Origin: a virus
Taxonomy: Duplodnaviria; Caudoviricetes
Length of the DNA stretch: 63,275 nt
Direction: 5' to 3' (one strand)
IMG/VR virus record: IMGVR_UViG_3300027861_000023
Coordinates: 1 to 63,275 of that record
Below the pieces are notes generated by a model. The model saw only the letters and a list, made by a program, of their open reading frames with translations, did no database searches and was not told the origin of the DNA. Positions 52,685 through 60,475 of this stretch are shown here, piece after piece (positions within the stretch are counted from its first letter, which is position 1; every line of letters starts with the position of its first letter). Both the position numbers and the translations under genes were made by a program.

Positions 52685-55600
52685 ATGCCAATAACTACAA
52701 CAAACTTTATATTAGGCAAAATGAACAAGTCTGTGGATGAAAGAATTCTTCCAAAAGGACAATACATTGATGCTTTAAATATTAGATTAGGATCTACAGA
52801 AGCTACTGAAATAGGTGCTGTTGAAAATTCAAAAGGGAATGAACTTCTTGCTTCTATTGAATATGGTGGTCAAGCTTTATCTGTAGGCGCAAAATGTATA
52901 GGTGCTTATGAAGATGGCATGAGAGAAACTATTTATTGGTTTATTCATGACAAGACTAATCAAGTTGCTCCTGAAGGAAAGGTTAGTTTAATAGTTTCTT
53001 ATAATACTAGCCAACAGACTCTTCAATATCATGTAATTTCAACATCTGTTTTAAATTTTAATGAATTATATTTAATTACAGGAATAGATTTAGTAGATGG
53101 AGAGTTGTTGTTTTTTACAGATGATTATAATCCGCCACGAGTAATAAATGTTAAAAGAAATTATCCTGATCCTATAGCAAATGTAGATCAGTTTACTGAA
53201 GAATTTATAAGTGTTGTTGTAAAACCTCCAGGGTTTGAAGATAGTGTTGGAAATCACATTCCTTTATCAGTTCCACAGGTTCAATTAGTAACCCTTCCAG
53301 GTAATGAGAATTATATGGAAGAAAGATTTATTTGTTTTGCTTATAGATACAGGTATATAGACAATCAGTACAGCGCTACATCTTTATTTACAAAACCTGC
53401 ATTTAACACTAATGATTTTCAATTTGACACTAGAAATTACAACAATGTTGGAATGACAAATCGCTATAACGGTGCGGTTATAACATTTAGTACTGGTAAT
53501 GAGTTAGTTAAAGAAATAGATTTATTATATAAAGATACTTCTTCTAATATTATTTATGTAATTGAAAGATTTAAAAAAGAAGATTTTGGTTGGGCAGACA
53601 ACACGAATAAAACATATTCATTTACAAATAGTAAAATATATACTACTTTAGGATCTGATGAATTATTAAGACAATATGATAACGTACCTCGTTTTGCAAA
53701 AGCGCAAACAATAATGGGTAATCGTTTATTTTATGGAAATTTTATAGATGGGTATGACTTTAAAAGAAATAGTAATTTAGGAACTAATATTTCTTTAAAT
53801 TATTCTACTTCTTATCTTAGAGAAGATCTTTCTTTTTTAAGTTTAGAACAAGGTATTCCTGAAAATGGAGTTAATTATACTATTAACCCTTCTCAGTCAA
53901 CAGCAGTAGAAAATTCTAAAATAAATGTTGATATTTCTGAGATAGCTGACAAACTAAAAACAGGATCAATAATAAATTTTTCTTTTAATTTTACTCACGA
54001 CAGTCTTAACGGAACTTCAAGTACAGATTGTTTTAGTGATAATGTTGAATTTAAAAATGCAGATTTTAATTTAGATATAAGTATTACATTAGAACAAGAT
54101 TATTCTAGTCCTTATGATTTATTTGTTTCTAGTCAATTTCAAGATGCATTTGGAACAGGAACTTTAGCTGATGGAAGATTTTTACCTATACTTGATGCTC
54201 AAAATGGAAACTCTTTAACTGATTTATTTAATAACGCTTTATTATCTCCTGCTGTTTCTTGTGTTTTTACAAAAACCAATAGTAGTATAAATGATTCCAC
54301 AACACAACAAGGAGTTACTATTACAGCAGTACCAGGGGACAATAGTTTCGATTTGCAAATTATTGCAATGAACTTTCAAAATATAGATGCTACAGATCCA
54401 CTGAACCCAATAACAACAAATATTTATGAGTATTTTAGATTTGTAAGTTCTGAAACAAGTTATACTGTTGATGCAGACACAAGTAGTTTGCATAGTAATA
54501 GAGATTACGAAACAGGTATTGTTTATATGGATGATTATGCTAGAGCTTCTACTGTTTTAGTTTCAGAATATAATACCATATATATAGAGCCTGCTGATTC
54601 TGTTAATAAAAACACTATACAAGTTCAAATAAATAGTGTAGCTCCTTACTGGGCAACAAAATATAAATTTGTAGTAAAGCCAAGTTTAGCAGATTACGAA
54701 ACTATATTCTCTAATTTCTTTTATATTAGACCTTCTGACAACATGATCTTTTTTAAATTAGAAGGAGATAACGCAAGTAAAGTTTCAAAAGGTCAAACTT
54801 TAATTGTAAAAAGAGATGTTTCAGGAGCATTAACAAGATTAGAAAAGTGTGAAGTTTTAGATGTAACACCAGAATCTTCAAACTTTTTACAACTTGCTGG
54901 TGAAACTGCTGAGGAAGAAAGTCAATTATCTGGACTTTATATGCAAATTAAAAATCAAAATTTTAATGTTGTTTTAACTGATGATGCAGTTGTTGAACTT
55001 GGTAATCAATTTGCTTCATCATCAACACAAGGTTGTTCTGATACACAGAGGAACATAGGGTATCCTTGTTTTATAACAGATCCAGACACTGGAACGACAC
55101 TAAATTATACTATCCCAGGAGGTTCTGTTATTAAATTAAAATTTAGAGCTAACAGAAGTGAAACTGGAGCGCCAGGTGGAGCGCCTCATTATCAATGGGT
55201 GTGGGAGCAAGAATTTGTAGCAACTAAAGAATATTCTGATTTAAAGAAATGGTATGATGGTGATAATATAAATGTTGCATTAGCTCAGCCTGGAAATGTA
55301 AATGGATTTCCTTCAGATGATATAGTTGCAAGTTATGATTCAACTTATTATACGCCTTCTGTTCCAACAATTTTTAATGAATTTGCATACGCTAATAATG
55401 TTCCTTGTGAAAGATTTAAAGTTAAACTTGCTTTTTGCCAAGCTATTCCAGGAAATGAAACATCTCCATTATATTTTGGAGTGAATAGTGGTATACCTGG
55501 AGCTAACAGAGCTTTTGCTTCTGATAGACAATCATCTATTGAAGCTGATATTATTGTGTTTAGAGCTAACACTTTATTGATTTTTGAATCTGAACCATTA

Positions 55601-57499
55601 GATGCAGATCCAAATTTTTATTATGACGCTAGTGAAATGTTTGATATTGACTCAAACGGATTCCACTTATCTGGAGGGTTAATTGAACAAGGTGATCAAA
55701 ATCAAACAAGCAGTCAAGATGCTATTGTTAATTTAAATTTTGCCGATGTTTATACTTTTGGTAATGGTTTAGAAAGTTTTAAAATAAAAGACCAATTAGC
55801 TGGAAAATCTTTTCAGTTAGGACAAAGAGTCTTAGCAGTTTCTAATCAAGATTATAAAGAAGCTGACAGGTTTGAGGGGTTAACATACAGTGGGATTTAC
55901 AGTAGTAATTCTGGATCAAACAACTTAAATGAATTTAATTTAGGTTTAGTTAATTTTAAAGATTTAGAAACTTCTTATGGGCCTATTCAATTATTGCATT
56001 CAAGAAAAACAGATATACTTGTTTTACAAGAAGATAGAATATCATATGTTTTAACAAGTAAAAATTTACTATCTGATTCAACAGGTGGAGGTGTAATAAC
56101 ATCTGTTCCAGAAGTTTTAGGCACACAAATATCTCGTTTAGAAGAGTATGGAATTAGTTTTAATCCAGAAAGTTTTATTGCTTATGGGCCAAGCGTATTT
56201 TTTACAGATTCTAAAAGAGGTGCAGTATTAAATTTATTAGGCGAATCTAACGGTGGAGGTGCAGATTCTCTTAGAGTTATTTCTGAATTAGGAATGAGGT
56301 CTTGGTTTAGAGAAGAGTTTTATTTAAACTTAACTACTCAAAAACTAGGAGCTTTTGATCCTTATATGAATGAATATGTTTTATCATTAAATCAAACTCC
56401 TATCCCAATACCTCCAGAAGTGTTACCATGTGGTACTCAAGTAACTAGAAATGGTTTACCTGCTGGAGAAGAAATATCTACAGTTATAAATTATGGAAAT
56501 TTAATAGGAACAGCTCCTATAAATTATAATGTAACATCTGGAGATATAGTTATAACTGTTCTTTGGAACGGAGTTTCTGTTACAAGTGGAAATTTATCTG
56601 GTTCAGGTGTTTATAATTGGGATAAAACTTTAAACACTCCTAATGATGCTACAATTACCATTCAAGCGATAGGAAGTCCAGCAGATTTTGTTATAAATTA
56701 TAATTGTGTTGTAGGTGTTCCAATCACTGTTGTTAAAGTTGTTCTTAATTCATCTGTAGATTCTAATAAATTTATTCATGCAGAATATTTTTGGGAAAAT
56801 TCAACAAATATAAGTCCTGTTGATAGTGATTTATGTGAGTTTGGAAATTCTTCGTTAGTAGCTTCTACTTTTGACGTTCAACAAGGTGTTAGAGGTTTAG
56901 GTGTTTTCCCTCTTGATGGAGTAGATTTAACTATAAGATCTAATAAAATAAATTTTGATAACTATGATTGGGGATTCCCAAATGATAATTTTAAATATTT
57001 ATCAAGTAACACTTTATATTCTAATACCGTAAGTGGAATTAGTTCATTATTATTAGGCGCAACTACAATACCAAATTCTAGTGTCACAAATCCTTCAAGC
57101 GGTTTGTATCAATCAGAAGTTGCAAGTTTATCTATACCATTATCAAATCAGTATTTATATTTAATATATGATTACAGAACAACATCGTGTCAACAATTTT
57201 GTTATGATGCTACAGATTTTACAGAGGCTTGTTGTGAATGTTCTATTCCATGCAAAGCGTTTCCTTGTAGTAGTATTCAGCAAGATGCATCTATAATATG
57301 TAATCAACCATTGTCAAATATCTATTATCATACTGGTGCTGGCGGAACACCTGTTGTTGGAGATTTTGTTTATTCATCAGCAATTTGCAGCAGTAGTTCA
57401 GCTGTTCCTCTTTTAGCTGGATATTATAAAACACAAGGTAATAAATATATACGAGTAACAAGTAACGGAATAGTAACAGAAGTAGTAAATTGCAGTTAA
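52685..57499 (+). CDS. Muzzle / tail stabilization protein (P22 gp10/crAss-like) with a Cys-rich C-terminal extension
   Basis: MNKSVDERILPKGQYIDALN, LFFTD.YNPPR.IN, YGISFNPES and FFTD.KRG.V motifs. Confidence 0.8.
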   Translation: MPITTTNFILGKMNKSVDERILPKGQYIDALNIRLGSTEATEIGAVENSKGNELLASIEYGGQALSVGAKCIGAYEDGMRETIYWFIHDKTNQVAPEGKVSLIVSYNTSQQTLQYHVISTSVLNFNELYLITGIDLVDGELLFFTDDYNPPRVINVKRNYPDPIANVDQFTEEFISVVVKPPGFEDSVGNHIPLSVPQVQLVTLPGNENYMEERFICFAYRYRYIDNQYSATSLFTKPAFNTNDFQFDTRNYNNVGMTNRYNGAVITFSTGNELVKEIDLLYKDTSSNIIYVIERFKKEDFGWADNTNKTYSFTNSKIYTTLGSDELLRQYDNVPRFAKAQTIMGNRLFYGNFIDGYDFKRNSNLGTNISLNYSTSYLREDLSFLSLEQGIPENGVNYTINPSQSTAVENSKINVDISEIADKLKTGSIINFSFNFTHDSLNGTSSTDCFSDNVEFKNADFNLDISITLEQDYSSPYDLFVSSQFQDAFGTGTLADGRFLPILDAQNGNSLTDLFNNALLSPAVSCVFTKTNSSINDSTTQQGVTITAVPGDNSFDLQIIAMNFQNIDATDPLNPITTNIYEYFRFVSSETSYTVDADTSSLHSNRDYETGIVYMDDYARASTVLVSEYNTIYIEPADSVNKNTIQVQINSVAPYWATKYKFVVKPSLADYETIFSNFFYIRPSDNMIFFKLEGDNASKVSKGQTLIVKRDVSGALTRLEKCEVLDVTPESSNFLQLAGETAEEESQLSGLYMQIKNQNFNVVLTDDAVVELGNQFASSSTQGCSDTQRNIGYPCFITDPDTGTTLNYTIPGGSVIKLKFRANRSETGAPGGAPHYQWVWEQEFVATKEYSDLKKWYDGDNINVALAQPGNVNGFPSDDIVASYDSTYYTPSVPTIFNEFAYANNVPCERFKVKLAFCQAIPGNETSPLYFGVNSGIPGANRAFASDRQSSIEADIIVFRANTLLIFESEPLDADPNFYYDASEMFDIDSNGFHLSGGLIEQGDQNQTSSQDAIVNLNFADVYTFGNGLESFKIKDQLAGKSFQLGQRVLAVSNQDYKEADRFEGLTYSGIYSSNSGSNNLNEFNLGLVNFKDLETSYGPIQLLHSRKTDILVLQEDRISYVLTSKNLLSDSTGGGVITSVPEVLGTQISRLEEYGISFNPESFIAYGPSVFFTDSKRGAVLNLLGESNGGGADSLRVISELGMRSWFREEFYLNLTTQKLGAFDPYMNEYVLSLNQTPIPIPPEVLPCGTQVTRNGLPAGEEISTVINYGNLIGTAPINYNVTSGDIVITVLWNGVSVTSGNLSGSGVYNWDKTLNTPNDATITIQAIGSPADFVINYNCVVGVPITVVKVVLNSSVDSNKFIHAEYFWENSTNISPVDSDLCEFGNSSLVASTFDVQQGVRGLGVFPLDGVDLTIRSNKINFDNYDWGFPNDNFKYLSSNTLYSNTVSGISSLLLGATTIPNSSVTNPSSGLYQSEVASLSIPLSNQYLYLIYDYRTTSCQQFCYDATDFTEACCECSIPCKAFPCSSIQQDASIICNQPLSNIYYHTGAGGTPVVGDFVYSSAICSSSSAVPLLAGYYKTQGNKYIRVTSNGIVTEVVNCS

Positions 57500-57509
57500 A
57501 TATAATATT

Positions 57510-58526
57510 ATGGCAACAATAGGAACATATTGTTTTGATGGCGTAAATTTTGCGCAAGCAACATCTTTATACACAGATTCAGCGCTAACTAATTTAGCTC
57601 CTGATGGTTATTATGCTCAAGGCGCAATATCAAGAAGACAATTAAATGGTGTTTTATTAAATGCAGTTTCGTGTAGCTCTTGTGTCGATCCTTGTGGTGT
57701 AGGGGTAAATGCTTCAGTTAGTAATAATGGTCTCTTTTTCTCTCAATTTGGTTTAGGAGCCGATATTGGCGCTATTGTTGTTTATATATATGCGTATTCT
57801 ACGATACCTGATGGAATATTAGCTACTTATAATTCTAATACATACAACAGACTAACTTGTTTAAACAATAATGGTAGTACAATTACCGAAAATGGAGGTT
57901 CAAATATTCCATATGCAGGGTTTAATAATCAAGGAACTGAACTTCCGACATATATAGGAAAGAATAACACAAACTTAGTGAATAATTCTCCTTATAACGT
58001 AGTGCCTGGTACTAATTGTGTGACTAGTCAACAACTTAGAGATTTTACTTTAATTAATGGAACTTATGTTGATCAAGGAACAAGTCAAATTAAAACAGTA
58101 GTTCCTACTCAAGTAGGTACTGCTGCTGTATCATATGTTTATACTATGGTTATACCTAAAACATCAGCATCACCATCTGTTTTAGATTTACAAATATTTG
58201 CTCCCATTTGTGGCACTGCTTTTAGTTATAATTTAGATTGTCCTGTGCTTTTAGATAGTTTTCAAGGATCTGCAAGTCAAGCAAATACAACTTGTGCTGC
58301 AAATGTAGCAACATATTATTTTGTTCAAAATGCTCAATGGGTGGGTGGAAACACAATAAGTCCTAAAACAAATTCAACTCCAGAAGTTGGAAATTGGGTT
58401 TTTACAACTAATACAGGATCAGCTTATTTAAATGACACTAATACAGATTTATATTACATTATAGATAATACCACTTATATTAAGGTAAAATATGGTGTTG
58501 TAATAGAAACAGGAAATTGTACTTAA
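57510..58526 (+). CDS. Cys-containing structural protein
   Basis: ORF; its end (YIKV..GVV.E..NC) resembles the end of the muzzle ORF. Confidence 0.65.
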   Translation: MATIGTYCFDGVNFAQATSLYTDSALTNLAPDGYYAQGAISRRQLNGVLLNAVSCSSCVDPCGVGVNASVSNNGLFFSQFGLGADIGAIVVYIYAYSTIPDGILATYNSNTYNRLTCLNNNGSTITENGGSNIPYAGFNNQGTELPTYIGKNNTNLVNNSPYNVVPGTNCVTSQQLRDFTLINGTYVDQGTSQIKTVVPTQVGTAAVSYVYTMVIPKTSASPSVLDLQIFAPICGTAFSYNLDCPVLLDSFQGSASQANTTCAANVATYYFVQNAQWVGGNTISPKTNSTPEVGNWVFTTNTGSAYLNDTNTDLYYIIDNTTYIKVKYGVVIETGNCT

Positions 58527-58538
58527 AGAATAAACAAT

Positions 58539-59372
58539 ATGGCAACACCAATATCAAGTTATACATTATCTTATAATCCAGATGCGGCAGGAGTACTTTC
58601 TCAAGAAGGTGGGTGGCCATCTTTCTATTCTTTTATTCCAGACTATATGATAGGAATGAATAATTATTTTTATAGTTTTAAAAGAGGTAATTTATGGAGA
58701 CATAACACAAATGAAACTAGAAATAATTACTATGGAGTTCAATATAAATCCACTATAACTAGCGTTTTCAATGTAGAGCCTACTTTAAGTATAAAGCTTT
58801 TTAAAACAATGTCATATGAGTCTACAACTACTGTGGCTGATACCAGTCAGGCAGCTTGGAGATGTGTTGAGTTAAATACTGATTTAACAGATGGTAGTCC
58901 AGGATCAATGTTTTCAACATATTTTGTTCAGAAAGAAGGAGAGTGGTTTAGTTTTTTAAGAAACAATGCTGGAACTTTAAATTACAAATCTCGTTCCGTT
59001 AACGGAATTGGAGTAGCTGATAGTATTTCAACTCCAGCGGTTGGGTTTACAACAATTAATTTTAACAATGCGGTTGGTTCAATTATTAGTATTGGAGATT
59101 CTGTTTATGCTGTTACCACAGCAGGAGGTGTAGCTACAGCTGATCCAGCTATAATAGGAGAAGTAACAGGCGTAACAACTAACAGTATTACAATTGAAGA
59201 TTCAAATGTGTTGCCAGTTATTGTTGGACAGTTTATACTTTACAGTAAAAATTCAGTTGCAGAGTCTCATGGAGCAAGAGGTTATTTTATGCAATTTAAA
59301 TTAGAAAATGATTCAACAGATCCTGTAGAACTGTTTTCTGTAGGCTCTAGTGTGATGCAAAGTAATCCTTAG
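58539..59372 (+). CDS. Separate protein resembling the C-terminal part of a muzzle
   Basis: TLSY...GWPSFYSFIP...FYSFK.GNLWRHN...KEGEWF...RG.FM motifs. Confidence 0.65.
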   Translation: MATPISSYTLSYNPDAAGVLSQEGGWPSFYSFIPDYMIGMNNYFYSFKRGNLWRHNTNETRNNYYGVQYKSTITSVFNVEPTLSIKLFKTMSYESTTTVADTSQAAWRCVELNTDLTDGSPGSMFSTYFVQKEGEWFSFLRNNAGTLNYKSRSVNGIGVADSISTPAVGFTTINFNNAVGSIISIGDSVYAVTTAGGVATADPAIIGEVTGVTTNSITIEDSNVLPVIVGQFILYSKNSVAESHGARGYFMQFKLENDSTDPVELFSVGSSVMQSNP

Positions 59373-59392
59373 AATTTATCTATATTTGTTAT

Positions 59393-59803
59393 ATGAAATT
59401 ATCTGTACGAAAGTTAGAAGAAAAAGATTGGGAAGTTTTACCAACATGGTGGAATGAGTGGCCTAAGTGGGTGCAACCAGCAAGAGATGCATTACCTGAC
59501 AATGGTTTAGGTGGTTTAATGATTGAAAAAGGTGGTATTCCTGTTTTTGCAGGATTTATATATGAAACTAATTCTAAAGGAGTTTGGTTAGAATGGATTA
59601 TATCAGATCCCGAATATAGGTTATCTGATAGACAAGAAGCTTTAGAGCTTTTAATTAGTAGTGCGGAAAAAATAGCAATAGAAAAAGGATTTAAATATGT
59701 TTTATTTATAGGTAAACATAATAATCTAATTGACACTTTTGAAAAATTAGGATGGCATGTTGACCGCACACCATCATACGAATTAATGAAAAAAATACAA
59801 TAA
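59393..59803 (+). CDS. GNAT-fold protein (position analogous to P22 gp14)
   Basis: Ends with A..KGFK.V......N.LI..FEKLGW; sits before the ejection genes. Confidence 0.6.
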   Translation: MKLSVRKLEEKDWEVLPTWWNEWPKWVQPARDALPDNGLGGLMIEKGGIPVFAGFIYETNSKGVWLEWIISDPEYRLSDRQEALELLISSAEKIAIEKGFKYVLFIGKHNNLIDTFEKLGWHVDRTPSYELMKKIQ

Positions 59804-59804
59804 C

Positions 59805-60443
59805 ATGGCAGTAGTAACATCAGCAGTAGTAGGAGTAGCCAGTGCAGGTTTCTCAATATACCAATCTTTTGAACAAAAAGCTAAAGCTGAAAGGAAAGCT
59901 AAAGAAGGAATGGAAGCATCGGACAAATTAATAGGTGAGGCTGAGATACTTGCTGAGAAAGAAATGTTAGCAGGAGTTCAGGTTCCTTTAGATGCGTTTG
60001 AATCAGAAGCAGAGCAAACCTTACAAAATTCAAAACAAATTATAGATACGCTTCAAGATGGAGATGCTAGATCTTTAGCTGCTGGAGCAGGATCTGTAGC
60101 TGGTCAAAATAACTTAATAGCTCAAGAAGCTCGTGAAGATAAAGCATCACTTATATATGAAAATGAATTAATGAAAGCTGAAGAAAAACAAGATATAAAT
60201 TCAGATTTAAAAGATTTTAAAGTAGCTCAAGCAGTTGATCAAAACCTGATGGCTAGAGATGCAGAAGAAGCTGCTGCACAGGCAACTAACAATATAGTAG
60301 CAGCTACAGGACAGATAATAACATCAGGTGCTTCTTTGGCTCCTTTGTTTCCAGGAGGAAATAAAACACAAGAGCAAAAACTTTTTGATAGACAAGAAAG
60401 ATTAGATGCTAGAATGGAAAGAAGAAGAACAAGAAATTCGTAA
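59805..60443 (+). CDS. Ejection protein 1 (P22 gp7-like position)
   Basis: Small-residue N-terminus MAVVTSAVVGVASAG followed by coiled coil. Confidence 0.7.
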   Translation: MAVVTSAVVGVASAGFSIYQSFEQKAKAERKAKEGMEASDKLIGEAEILAEKEMLAGVQVPLDAFESEAEQTLQNSKQIIDTLQDGDARSLAAGAGSVAGQNNLIAQEAREDKASLIYENELMKAEEKQDINSDLKDFKVAQAVDQNLMARDAEEAAAQATNNIVAATGQIITSGASLAPLFPGGNKTQEQKLFDRQERLDARMERRRTRNS

Positions 60444-60475
60444 GAGTGTTTAAGTAAAAGATTAAAAAAACAAAA

